Assembly: GCA_951406725.2 (NCBI GenBank)
Contig: OX597817.1
Span: forward strand, 128,340,001-128,404,000
DNA from: Octopus vulgaris
Lineage: Eukaryota
Direction: 5' to 3'
Length of the DNA: 64,000 nucleotides
Position numbers and translations under genes: made by a program. Under the pieces are notes generated by a model. It saw nothing but the letters and a program-made list of their open reading frames with translations. It was not told the origin of the DNA and searched no databases. The first letter of the stretch is position 1. Every line of letters begins with the position of its first letter. Below, in pieces: positions 25,135-41,200 of this stretch.

Positions 25135-25795
25135 CCTCAAACTAAGGCCCATTATAGCTGGACCATCCTATGAAACTGAGTTACTTCATTGACACCCTCT
25201 TGAAAACATCTAAAATACATTAAAACTTACATTAGAGAGTAAAGGAAAAAACATATAGTCTCCTTTGATGTTGTAAACCTGTAATACCTGTCCTATTATT
25301 ACGGATTAGAAGCAACTCAGTTCTGGCTGAAAAAAATATCCAATGAAATACCGGAACGTATTAGCAAAGAGTTCATAATTAAATCATTAAAATTCATTCT
25401 CCAGCAAAATCATTTCATGTTTGAAATCACTCAATACCGACAAAAATTTGGAGTTACGATGGGAACCAAAGCAGACTTCGTTCTTGCAAACCTGACAATG
25501 GGCTATTTGGAACTAAAAGTATATCAGAAGTCACTCATAGAATTCGGAAATCTCCTTATCCAATATATATAAAGGAAAATTGAAAAAGATATTTGGATGA
25601 TTGTTTCATTCTATGGAATGTGAACATGTAGAAACTTTTGGAATTCAAAAGACTTCTCAATAACAGAAATACAAATATGCAATTCACAATAGAATACAAC
25701 AAAAAGGGACTCCCATTTCTAGATATACTAATCAAAAAAGTAAATAAAAATAATAGAAACTGACATATTTTACAAAACTACAGACTCGAAACACG
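25135..25795 (+). pseudogene. Degraded Penelope-like reverse transcriptase
   Basis: Hand translation across frameshifts: SFDVVNL, YRQKFGVTMGT, ANLTMGYLE, RYLDDCFI, FTIE, LPFLDI, ETDIFYKTTDS. Confidence 0.85.
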
Positions 25796-25796
25796 G

Positions 25797-26058
25797 CGCA
25801 ACGTGAAATAAAGTGTCTTGCTCAAGAACATAACACGCAGCCCGGTCTGGGAATCGAACTCACAACTTCACGATCGTACGCTCGGCGCTCTAACCACTGA
25901 GCCATACGCTTTGGATAACATCAGTGGTGTGGAGAGGGGAGGCTGGTATGCATGGACGACTATTGGCCTTCCATAAACAATCTTGCCCGGACTTGTGCCT
26001 CGGAAGGTAACTTTCTAGGTGCAATCCCATGGTCATTCATGACCGAAGGGGGTCTTTT
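25797..26058. mobile_element. SINE family C with inverted 5' head (25797-25910 -) fused to sense 3' tail (25911-26058 +)
   Basis: Both parts match 22115-22450 but in opposite orientations. Confidence 0.8.
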
Positions 26059-26742
26059 CATATATATATAAATGCATACACATATATGTGTGTATATGTA
26101 TGTGTGTGTATGCATACATGTATGTATCCTTTTGTTTATAAATGACGGAAAGGAAAGTACTCAATAATTGGTGTAGAGTTTATATTTGTTAAGAATCAGT
26201 TGATGTTTCACTCCGATGTTGCATAGTGAATCCATAATTTGTGTGTTCGCGCGCTCATGACTTTATGCATGTGTATTAACATTTTACAGTTAAAGTATCC
26301 TATTTTATTAAGTCCCTTTAAAATATTTGCACGAAGAATTATTCTCATATGTAATGCTTATACTGTATTATTAAATTTGTAAATAATACAAACAAGAATA
26401 ATGCATGAACCATAACTCTGAAATGCAAATGAAAATAATTTTCACGCCCAAATAACTGAAGAATAGCGTAGTTTTGAAACGCATATACTAATATTTGGAA
26501 AATATCTATGAAAATATCTAAAACAGGTATTACATTTGGTATATTCATGTTGAAAATACTTTCATATTTTAAATCTTTTACAAGCTTCAATTTTACATTT
26601 TCAACAAATTTTAGTTCATATTCTTGGCAAATTAAGCTTCTTTTTAATATTTCTTTTGACAACGTTGTCGTAAATAAATATTAACAAGTATGCATGCATA
26701 CATACATACATACATACATACATACATACATACATACATACA

Positions 26743-26773
<31 letters not shown>

Positions 26774-26987
26774 GGAACTGTAAAAATCTATAAAACTTTC
26801 CTGAAGTTTATCATTTAGTTATAGATGAGCATGTCTGGACATGCAAATTTATGTGCATGAGAATATATACATAAAACAAAACATACAAATCTGCACACAT
26901 ACATACATACATACATACATACATACATACATACATACATACATACATACATGCATGCATACATACATACATACATACATACATACA

Positions 26988-27020
<33 letters not shown>

Positions 27021-27139
27021 GTATGCATTTTTTAATGTAAGTATGAATGCGTGGCATATATGGCTATATGTATGTATGCTTCTAAATACAGAATATAAAT
27101 TTACATTTATACCAAAAAACAATTGGTGTGTTTTGTTTT

Positions 27140-28100
27140 GTGAGTAAAGGACCAAATGAAAACGCTGGGGTTGTCAGGAAAAGGAATCAAATAGCTAACA
27201 TGTACATTACTAATACAATCTGTAAGCGGAACTGTAAAAATATGGAAAACTTTTCTCAAGTTCAAAATGTAGCTTTATTTACATTTTGTCTACATTCCAG
27301 CGATGGAACTCTTGTATCTTTGTCAGAAACTAGCTCCTTCTTGCAGGGTAACTCTTCAAGCAATTACAAAGAGAAGAAAGCATACATGAATACATACATA
27401 CATACATACATACATACATACATACATACATACATACATACAAATATCACCCATATCAGATATCAAAAAATGCCACTGTAGGATATTATGTTCCTATGAG
27501 ACATGGAGTTGTCACCAAAACAGTCTATGATTTTATATGCTGGAAGAGTGGTCTTAATGGCAAAACCACCCCAGAATCAGCATATATCTGCACCTTTAAA
27601 AATATAAAAATACATGTGGAACATTACAATGAAAATAGCAGTTCAGTGGAAGCACAACAGGCCAGGAATTATACAAGATTGGGAGCAAAAGTAGATTCTG
27701 TTATAGAAAGTAACTTCCAGGCATGTGTGAATGCCAAGTCAAAAATTGGGGAAGAGAACAACCATGGAAAATTAATACAAAAATCTTACATCTAAAATCC
27801 AGGTTATAGATATTTCTTTGTATACTATTATCACAGGTGCCCAGAGCTAGCAAGAACAGTAGACTCGCATCGAAGACTAGAAATGTGGAGGCACACAGAA
27901 AAGGAAAAAACAGAAAATAGAAGGAAGAACACATCGATTCACTTTTCCCAAACAAAACGGATTAGTGATACAGTGAAAATTCATAAAACATTCCAAAGAT
28001 TCTTCATCTGATGATTCTGAGCTGAATATAGACATACCCTCATGTGCACGTGAAAATGCACACACACATAAGCAGCAATGAGCACACACATTTAATTATT
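27140..28100 (+). pseudogene. Possible highly degraded pogo/Tigger-type transposase
   Basis: Weak motif echoes: QNVA..C..SSDG, KPPQNQH..APLK, W..NRPG, IESNFQAC, basic stretch then SSSDDS. Confidence 0.3.
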
Positions 28101-29239
28101 GAAGTGATATGCACACCCACGTGTGAAAGGTTATCCCACAAGCACATTGACTTTTCTCGAGTTCTGGGGTTCATAAGTTCAGTTACCTAGTCCCCATTAA
28201 GAGACCGAGAATAAAACAACATTCTCTCTAACCAGGAAGCCGGTTCTACTGCAAAGGATTCAAGACCAGTAAGTTTCAGTGAGGAGATGGCAGCGGTAAG
28301 TCAATAGATTTACCGCTACCATGGACGTTAGTACTTAACTGGCGCTTCAATTTATTGATTCCGATGGGATGATAAGCAAAGTTGACCTGGGTGGGTTTCG
28401 AATGCAGAACATGCTAACGATTCTGGCAACTCGTCGCATAACAAATACATATGCGCGCGTACACACACATACACACATACACGCACGCACGAACGCACGC
28501 ACGCACACACACACATACACATACATATATATGCACACATGTGTGCATATACATATATGCACAAACCTACAAAGAAGCTGTCTTTACTTAAACAAAAGAA
28601 GCTTGTCGCTTCGTTAGTGACCGGTTTGAATTCGGCGAAAGAAAGAAAAACCAAATCTCACAAAAGAAACATACATACATGCAAACATACATACATATAT
28701 ACATACATACATACATACATACATACATACAGACAGACAGACAGACAGACACATACACACACATTACACACACACACACATATATATTCATGCTTATTTG
28801 CATACATACGCACGCAATTTGTATACTACAACCATACATATATAATTATGCACGTATTCTCTCATATATACACACACGCATGCGCACTCACGCGAACACA
28901 CGTGTTCACTAGCGCACATCTGTGGTGTGTATGTGTTTCAGTTAGTATGTTTGTGTCAACGTGTGTATATATATATTTGTGCGTGTGTCTTTGAGTTTGC
29001 GCCATCTTCATACATACTGGGAGATAGACAGAGACAATATCCGTCTCAACTGAACTATGTCTCCGTTTCCCTTCACGTCCAGTTTGTGCGTACACAATAG
29101 TAAGTGCCATATTGTCATGTCACGATAACATCTGATAACATATTGATAACAAATGATAACAGGTCTCTTTCGGCAGCCGACAGCCTATCAAATGTAAAAC
29201 GATACTCTTTTAATTGTTATGTGATCCCTTTCTTTTCGC

Positions 29240-29278
<39 letters not shown>

Positions 29279-29352
29279 TACACACACATATATGTATGTA
29301 TGATATATATAGTTTCTACATATGAATATACATATGTATATATATGTATATT

Positions 29353-29433
<81 letters not shown>

Positions 29434-29434
29434 G

Positions 29435-29521
<87 letters not shown>

Positions 29522-29815
29522 GGGTGTATTGGGTGTGTACATCCACACATATATGCGTGTGTATTTATATGTATGTATAGAATGAATAAGTATCAATTTG
29601 TGAATATAGTCATTGTATGTATGTATGTGTATGTGTATGTGCTTGTATGTGTGTGTGTGTGTGTGTGTGTTTGCGTGTGTGAGCGTGTACTTTAAGTAGA
29701 CGTTCTATACAGTTGGTAGTGATAGGGGTGCCAATACTCCTATATTGATGGTATGCGTATGCTTAGTGCTTTTAAGGCGTGTGTGTGATATGGATAAGAT
29801 ATAAATGTAGACGGT

Positions 29816-29818
<3 letters not shown>

Positions 29819-29892
<74 letters not shown>
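29819..29892. repeat. (GATA)n microsatellite
   Basis: Simple repeat. Confidence 0.95.
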
Positions 29893-30068
29893 GGAGTAAA
29901 AGGGTGTGTGAGGCAAGAAGAAAGGAATAGCATTGTGGTTAAGGTGTAGTTGAGCGAGTATAAGCCGAGATTCTCTAATTTCTATAAGTGGCTTAATAGG
30001 TTTGTAATTATTACGTAGCGAGTCTTAAATAGCATTGTGTAACACGATTTTTTTCCTTGAGTAACAAT

Positions 30069-30471
30069 TGTTATTTCCTATTTGCTTACCCGTGGAAGGT
30101 ATGGCTAATATTTCCTTCAAACTTTGCTTTTGTTACATTTATTCAAACCTGAAATAATTTCTTTCAGCAGATGGATATGATGCTCCTCCACTACTCCTAC
30201 TCATGATCAGAGATACCCATGCTGTCAGTCACTAAGGGATATTCTCAAGTATTTAAGGTCAAGCAACTGATGATAAGCAAATCTGCGGTATTGAGTAGTA
30301 TATTTGCTATAACGATATTTCTGCATCAGCAATTCAGCAATGAATCGGTTTGAAATGAAATGGAAAATAAGTCAGTTTCGAAACATTGATGTCCATGTCA
30401 CAAAAGCAAAGTTTGAAGGTACTATTAGTCGCTTCCTTTGATTTCTAGATTGAAGCGAATAGAAAATAACA
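30069..30471. mobile_element. Inverted-repeat element (arms 30069-30138 / 30395-30471) enclosing an antisense fragment of the 44330-44875 repeat
   Basis: ccttcaaactttgcttttgt / acaaaagcaaagtttgaagg. Confidence 0.65.
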
Positions 30472-31699
30472 CTTACAGACTAAAATAAAAAAAAAAATTT
30501 AAATAAAATTTTGTTACATTGGAGAGAGAAAAGGAGAGATAGTAAAGAAAACAAAAGAAGGAAGTGAGAGAGATGTATATGAAAGAAAGAGGGAGACAGA
30601 AAAAGAGAAGAGCGAGAAGTGGGGATAAGCGTGAAAACGGAGTCAGAATGAATTTTCTAGTGGATGCTGAGAATTGACTCAGAGGAGAAGCGAGAAAGAG
30701 TGAGACTAATTAAAGACGTAGAGAGGTGAAAGAAGTCATCTGGTTTCTTTAATTTAATGTATTATGAGACGACACGGGGATAAAGAAGAGAGAGAGAGCG
30801 AGAGAGAGAGAGAGAGGAAGAGAGACAGAAGGACAGAGACAGGCAGTCAGATTAATAAACAGAAGGGAAACACTGTTTCTATTTCCAAGAACGTCAAAGC
30901 GATAAAACTAGGTGACATAAGATGGTTAGAAAGAGTATACAAGCGTGTAAGAGATGAACACTACGTAAAGAGAAGTGAATGTAACTAAAAGAGACAAGAG
31001 AGAGAGAGAAAGAGTTAAATCGGGATGGGAGTGGAGATATATGATAACGAGAGAGGGCAGAGAGGAGGAAGAGAGATCAGGGTGGTTATTGTTTAGCTCC
31101 TGAACAACTTCTATTCTATATTTTTCATAGTGCAATCATGCCTTCAACATCCAAATTAGTGTACGTAAGAATTCATCACTGAATGTATCCTACAAGCAGA
31201 TTTGGCTCCTATATCTAGAAACTTTCTAAGCGAGTGGTTGCTGTTTAACACCATGAATGGGATACCAGGGATGAGCTGATATTCATTGGATGTCATGTCA
31301 GATATCCCAGTCATGACCATCACGTGCTTTTTAAGCATATGTATGCCTAAGACGGCGCTATCCATTGTACCACTTTTTAAAGGTGGTAGGGTGTAATTTG
31401 ATAGAAATTTGGTTTCTGCTTCTAGCAGGTTGAATGATCACACAGAGAGATCGATCTGTGATAGCAGTTAAGAGGTGGTTTAGATGAAAGTAAAAAAGCG
31501 TGACTAATAGGGAAAAATAGAAAGTAAGTGGAAATTTGCCTTCTTCAGTTGACTGAGTGGCTGTATAGTAAGCTGTATAGCTTGCTTACGAACCACATGG
31601 TTCCAGGTTCAGTCATGGAAAAATACGATCCAAGCAAAGAAAAATAAATAAAAAAATTTTAAGCAATTGCACGTATTCTAAAATTTTAAGAAAATAATT

Positions 31700-33390
<1,691 letters not shown>

Positions 33391-33669
33391 CAAACAGACA
33401 GAGAGAGAGAGAGAGAGACAGAGAGAGACAGAGAGAGAGAGAGAGAAAGAAAGAAAGAAAGAAAGAAAATAAGAAAGAAAGAGAGAGTGAGTGAGAAAAA
33501 GAAAGAGTAAACGATGACTTGCATATTTTCTTTTTATACGTTCTGGCGGATTCGAACATGATACATGCTAATCGCTGTAGTGTACGTTACAAGAAATCAT
33601 CAGTGTGATGACCACATTGACATCGTAAAATAGAGAAGGTGTTTTCCTGTAAATTGGATCTTTTCTGTT

Positions 33670-34425
33670 ACTGTCACAGGTTTTGAAATGTTAAAATTAA
33701 GTGAAAATTTTCAAATTTGGTACATTGATGAAATTTTTCACGCAGAATCTAATTTGTGTTTTGTTTATTCTAGAAAAAAATTTAGAATAATGTTACAAGG
33801 GTTTAAAATTTGATGATTTTTACCGAATCAGAAAACAGGATTTGAAAGCTGGCATTTTCTTCGTGATATCTGTTTATCACAAAATAAAAGCAAAATCATT
33901 ACGATGACGAAAATTATAAAGAGTTTTGATAAGCTTTAGTGAACAGTCACAAGAAACGATCAAACAGGCATCTAAACAGTTAAAATGGAAAAAAATCTTC
34001 TACGAAATGTTTTGGCGGTTTAGTGTTCTAGTTAAAGGTCAGGGTCAGAGTTTAGGGTTAACGTTTAGGGTGAAGGTTAAGGGTTAAACTTTAGGGTAAC
34101 GGTTTGGGGTTAGGCTTAGAGCTTAAAGTTAGGGTTAGGATTGGCGTTTGACTCGTCGTCAAAGAAAATACGCGTGGTGGTGATGGTGTTTCGGAAAGCA
34201 AACTATAGCTTCGCTAGTTATCATGGAAACAAGCCCCAATGTGTCTGTAGCTTTCGACTGGCTTAAATTACCTAAAATTTTCAGACTTTAAAAGCTATTA
34301 ATTTTTAATTTATTATTTTATGGCAAAAAATATATCTCAATTTTATAATTGGCATACATAACTAAATCGCTACACTAAATTTGAAAGCAATTGGAACAAA
34401 ATTTTTAAAACAATATAACTGTGTG
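33670..34425 (+). mobile_element. Unclassified DNA-transposon-like repeat; related copy at ~37678-38660
   Basis: Shared blocks (tgtcacag..aaattaagtgaaaa; gctttcga.tggct.aaatt; gctatta...ttttat). Confidence 0.55.
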
Positions 34426-34499
34426 AGCAACAAAAAAAAAACAAAAAAAAAAGATTCGATGGGATTAACATATTCACATTCGAACCTGTCGGAAATATT

Positions 34500-34712
34500 G
34501 GTTTCATATTTTAGCACAAGGCCAGCATTTCGGGGGAGGGGTTAAGTCCATTACATTGACCCCAGTACTCAACTAGTTCTTATTTTATCGACCACGAAAT
34601 GAATGAAAGACAAAGTCTATCTCGACAGAATATGAACTCAGAACGTAAAGTTGGACAAAATGCTGTTAAGCATTTTACCTGGCGCGGTTACGATTCTGCC
34701 GGCTTGCCGCCT
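34500..34712 (-). mobile_element. SINE family B
   Basis: Family B core. Confidence 0.85.
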
Positions 34713-34787
34713 TATCTACCGGAAATATGAAGAATAGCTATGCAGGCTATCGTTTCGGATCTCCCTATTCACAGTGCAAATGACGAT

Positions 34788-35880
<1,093 letters not shown>

Positions 35881-36260
35881 ACATGTGTGTGTATGTGTTT
35901 ACGTCATAAGAATTTATATACTTTCGAGAGAATATGATACGATTCTCTTTTGTAATTGTGGATCACGAAGCATATAAAACTATAAATGATAGCATGAAGA
36001 TATTGGGTTGAAGAACCCTTGTGGATAGAAAAAAATAGAAGGCTTTTATATAACATGTTAATATATTTAATTTCATTTGCAAATACCATGACGACATTAA
36101 TTAAATCGATATATTTAGTATAATGCCTCGGTGGCTTAATGAATATTACGCTCCTACATACACACACATCTCCACTTCCACACTCTTCCTTTCTTTTCTC
36201 CTCTTCTCTCAGCTCCGCTTTACCCCAATTCCTTTCTCCCCCTCCTCTTTTCCTCCTCCC

Positions 36261-36330
36261 CTTCTTCTTCTTCTTCTTCTTCTTCTTCTTCTTCTTCTTC
36301 TTCTTCTTCTTCTTCTTCTTCTTCTTCTTC
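36261..36330. repeat. (CTT)n microsatellite
   Basis: Simple repeat. Confidence 0.95.
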
Positions 36331-36872
36331 TCCTCTGTCTGTCTGTCTGCCTGTCTGACTTCTTTTTTCTTTTTATTAGTCTCTCTTTTATCAAAATAAT
36401 TTGCAAGCATTTACGTTTAGTTCAGTAAAACACGTGGGAAAATTCGAGACACACTTTCCAAAATGGGACACGCGCTCCGTTGCTAACCATAAAACAGTTT
36501 GATAAAGTAACAAGAGAGAATAAAAAAAAAAGTATATATTTGCACAAGAAAGAATGGAAGAGAGAGCGGGGTGTAGACATTTCTCATGTTGTTTTCTTGT
36601 CTTTTATACGTTTATTTTTTGCATTTGTTTGTTTTTCTTCTCTATAATTTATAGATCTTGTTTTTGTTGTTGTTAGAATTTTATTGTTTTACTGGTATAT
36701 TTATTTAGTATTCGTCTACTAGTCTATTGTTACTACCGTGGGGAATATGTATATATAACACACACTATATATATATATATATATATATATACATACATAT
36801 ATATGTGTGTATGTCTGTATATATATATATAGTGTGTGTATTTGCGTGTATGTGGTGTATGTGTATATGTGT

Positions 36873-36905
<33 letters not shown>

Positions 36906-37189
36906 CACATATACTCTCAGCTTGTATATACATGTAAGGTGCACACACCCACATCCACACACATCCACACACACACTCGCACTCACCCCAACTCACACAT
37001 ATACGCACGCACTCACGCACACACATTATCGGTGAGCCAATTCGTCCTTATTTTTCTTTGTGAAACAAGATGTCTCGTATTTGTGTGTCTATGTCTGTGT
37101 AAGAAGGCATATGTTAATTTATGTGAGCATGGATGTATGTAAATACGTTTATTTGTCTCAATTACTACACCTACCTAACTATTTACCTT

Positions 37190-37223
<34 letters not shown>

Positions 37224-37329
37224 GCATGCATACATACATGCATACATACATACATACATACATACATACATACATACGAAGATTCATGCGTACACGCGGT
37301 GTATGTGTATATGTGTATATGTGTATATG

Positions 37330-37375
<46 letters not shown>

Positions 37376-37378
37376 CAT

Positions 37379-37465
<87 letters not shown>

Positions 37466-37507
37466 CTCACAGCTTGTATATACATGTAAGGTGCACACAC
37501 CCACATC

Positions 37508-37549
<42 letters not shown>

Positions 37550-38305
37550 TGCATACGTACATATATACGAAGATTCATGCGTACACGTGTCTATGTGTAC
37601 GCCATGTGAGCGTAAAGGCATGTCCTCTTCACAGATTTTGAATTTTACCAGTAAATTTTACCATCAAACTCGTTTGTTGTCACAGATCTGGAAAATTTGA
37701 AATTAAGTGAAAAAGTTTCTAATTTGTTATGTTAATGTAGTCTTTCGTGTTGAATCCGAATTTCGGATTCATTTATTCCGTGAGAAATTTTGAGAAGTGT
37801 TAAAGTGGTTAAGTTTGAAAATATTTACTCCAATCAGAAAACGGGTAAGAATTGGATGTTGCGTATTTTCAGATTTTCTGCGTGATTGCTCTCTGTCACA
37901 AAATGACAGACAGAAATAATCCTTTCTACTGGAGGCAAAAGGTCTCAAATTTGTGAGGAGGTTGGTTAGTCGTTTACATCGACCCCAGTGATTCACTGGT
38001 ACTTAATTTATCGACCCTGAAAGGATGAAAATAATGCAGGCATAAAATGATATAGCTCCCTAAAATTTTTAGTGGTGGTTACGCGGTGAAAGTGTCATAG
38101 TCGCGCGAGTAGAGCATCATTATTACAATGAAAACGGGACAGACTACAGCTTTGCTTGTGTTTATGAAAAGAGACATGAAGTGAGATTTATGGTGCCGGT
38201 GGCTTTCGATTGGCTAAAATTGTCAAAACTTTGCAAACCATATTGCTATTAGCTTTTTATTTATTCCAAAATATGAATTTTATTTTCGTAACTAGAATTC
38301 AAAAA

Positions 38306-38553
38306 GTGGAGGCGCGTGGCTTAGTGGTTTGGGTGTCAGCATCACAATCGTAAGATTGTTGTTTCGATTCCTGGACCGGGCGACGCGTTGTGTTCTTGAG
38401 CAAAACACTTCATTTCACGTTGCTCCAGTCCACTCAGCTGGCAAAAATGAGAAACGTTGCGATGGATTAATGTCCCGTCCAGCTGGGGAACACATACGCC
38501 ATTGAAACCGGGAAACTGGGCTCATGAGCCTGGCTAGGCTTTAAAAAGGGCGC
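38306..38553 (+). mobile_element. tRNA-derived CORE-like SINE (family C relative), nested in the 37678-38660 repeat
   Basis: ggaggcgcgtggcttagtggt...gtttcgattcctggaccggg...gttgtgttcttgagcaaaacactt. Confidence 0.85.
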
Positions 38554-39502
38554 AAGAAGAACTAGAATACAAAACTAAATCGTTATAACTAAACTGGAAA
38601 ACAATTGCAAGGAAATTGAAAAAGAAAAAAATGCAATCCATCATAAATTATGTTTCTGACATGAAACGTTAGTCACTTGTAACAAGAGTGACTGCTCAAT
38701 TCAGAATGGCTTAGATTATTATTGTACAATAGTGTGTGTGTGTGTGTGTCTGTGTGTGTGTGTGTGTGTAAGTAAGCGCTCGCGTGCCAGAGTTTGCGTG
38801 TATATGTATACACACAAATACAGACAAATCCACACACATGAATATGCTCACAGAGACAATTGTACAAATGCGCGCGCGCTAGAAGAGATACCCGAAGGTG
38901 TCTGCGTGCTCAATATGCAGAGGAACTTTTTTCTTATTAAACTTAAATGACGTATAACAAGATTTTATGTAGCTTTCCTATAATTGAATATTTGCATTTA
39001 CTTTGTTATATTGATACAACACATAAAGTAGATGAGTAATTACAAACTTATATTCGAATAAATACTTTTATTTCCTAGTTACTTATTTATATATATGCTA
39101 TTGTTATCTGTGCCTGTGTATCCATGTATATCTGTATAGGACGGTATTGATTTTTAATATCACGCAAGTTCTGTCTTAGTAAATCAGTGACACTCTTTTT
39201 TGATGGTCTGTTCCGTTGGAATTTTGCTTCTTTACCTTCTAAATTATAACTGTTGTATTAATTCGAAAATGTTAAGCAGTCATAGAAACAACTGTTAGAC
39301 TATGGAAATAATGTTACGTCTTACGAATTTTAAATATATTTTAGTTGCTGAAGATCCAGAAGATAAGAGGGAAAGCATATTTATTTTGCTAAAGATTAAT
39401 GTGTCTGTCATGCAAATGTTTCTCCTTATAGTAATTTGTATAACTTGTGTTGAAGCTTCTTAAGATTTTGTTCCCCTTGAACATTAAATGCTTGCTCATA
39501 TA

Positions 39503-40585
39503 TCAAGTCATCCCATAAGATCTGTCCGAATTTTGAATAAAGAGAACAAGTGATCAAATGTTATATTTAATTGAAATTTAATCATCAATGTACTTTCCCT
39601 GATTATCTATGACTTCCTTCTATCTATTTACAAGCTTTTTAATCCCATCAACGTAAGACTCTTTTGGTTTCAAAGCGAAGAACACTGAAATGTCAGTTTC
39701 GACCTCCTCCTGGCTTGCGAAAGATATGTCCCCCAACTGATTTTGTAAACTACGAAACAAATGGTAGTCTGAAGGAGCAAGGTCGGGAGAATAAGGTGGA
39801 TGAGGAATTTTTTCCCAACCAAGCTCTTCGATCTTCTGTGATGTGATATTTGCAGTGTGGGGTCGAGCATTGTCCTGATGAAACATCACTCCTTTTCGAT
39901 TCACTAAAGCGGGTCTTTTTTTCTTCAAAGGTTGGTTCAAACGCTCTAATTGCTGACAGTAGACTTGAGCATTGATTGTTGCATTAGGTAGTAACAATTC
40001 AAAGGGAATTACTCCTTTGCAATCCCACCAGATAGAGATAAGAACATTTTCCCCATGAAGTTCCCTTTTCGGTTGTGGTTGCGTTTTTTTCTTCCTTTTA
40101 CCAAGCCACTGTTTACGACATTTAACATTTCGATAGAAGATCCATTTTTTGCCGCCAGTCACAAGTCTATCCAAAATGAGTGAAATGAGTTTGCGAGAAT
40201 GGAGAGAAGAGCAGATGTCAACTTCGGATTTGCAGTTGCTTTCGGACAATTCATGAGGCACCCATTTTCCAAGTTTAGGAACCTTTCCAAGTTGTTGAAG
40301 ATGACGATGAACAGTTGCATAGTTTGAACTAAGCTTTATTGCCAATTCTTCAACTGATAATGCAGGATTTTCTTCAAGTAATGCTTCAAGGAGCTTACCA
40401 TCAAACTCAATTGAACGTCCTGTTCGATCTTCGTCTTCAAGGCTGAAATCTCCACTTCTGAATTTTGCAAACCATCTTCTGCAAGTTATTTCATTCAAGC
40501 ATTCTTTCCCATAAACTGAGTGTATGTTTCAAGTCGCTTCGACTGCAGAGTTTCTTTTTTTGGGACTCATAACGCATTATGTGCC
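39503..40585 (-). mobile_element. mariner (Mos1/Hsmar-like) DNA transposon, 5' end lost
   Basis: Transposase ORF; putative 3' terminus near 39503; upstream frame continues with stop codons to ~40585. Confidence 0.9.
39620..40498 (-). CDS. mariner transposase (DD34D), probably inactive
   Basis: WVPHEL, HQDNARPH and YSPDLAPSDYHLF motifs; first catalytic motif mutated (TGGKKW for TGDEKW). Confidence 0.9.
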   Translation of the reverse strand: MNEITCRRWFAKFRSGDFSLEDEDRTGRSIEFDGKLLEALLEENPALSVEELAIKLSSNYATVHRHLQQLGKVPKLGKWVPHELSESNCKSEVDICSSLHSRKLISLILDRLVTGGKKWIFYRNVKCRKQWLGKRKKKTQPQPKRELHGENVLISIWWDCKGVIPFELLLPNATINAQVYCQQLERLNQPLKKKRPALVNRKGVMFHQDNARPHTANITSQKIEELGWEKIPHPPYSPDLAPSDYHLFRSLQNQLGDISFASQEEVETDISVFFALKPKESYVDGIKKLVNR

Positions 40586-41200
40586 TTAAATGGAACCTGC
40601 TGACCACATCGAGAAAAACACCTCATTTAGCTTTCTAATGAATGCTTCACCGCCATTTATGTATATTTCAGCCGCAATTAAATTTGCATTATAGCCATCA
40701 TTAAATGGAAAATGAGCGTATAGTTTTATAATAGTAAGAATTTTATCGAGCTGTGCTGATGGCATCAAACTATCAGTACATTCCTGATTTGGATGTTATG
40801 CTTAGAAGCTTCTGAAAATGTTTATACGTATTGCTTCTTTGTCTCTGATATGTACATTTTCACAATGAGAACGAGTTAAGTATCTACATGAGCTAGATCA
40901 TAGACTGCGCAAAGACTTTTGAAAAGATTCCGAGCATTTCTTTGTCTTAGTATACGTTGTCGCTTGAGCACTTGCTTCAAGCCAGTAGGTTTTCATGAAT
41001 TTGAAACTGTGAGTTGTGGCCTTCTCTAACAATCTTAACTCGTTAAAGGCCTTGAATTTCTGTGTTATTTTGACCAAACCTATTCTAGCGACGTCCATTT
41101 TAGTGGTCAAGTTTGTCAGGTTTCAGGGGTTCAAGAGTATCTCTTATCGAGAATCCTTGGTGTTTTCCATGTTAATCGCCGCCTTCTCTCATCTAAATCT
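40586..41200 (-). mobile_element. Degraded RTE-clade LINE fragment
   Basis: IAAEIYINGGEAFIRKLNEVFFSMWSAGSI resembles the RTE pre-RT motif GIPAE.YK.GG...L..LF..IW..G.IP. Confidence 0.6.
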
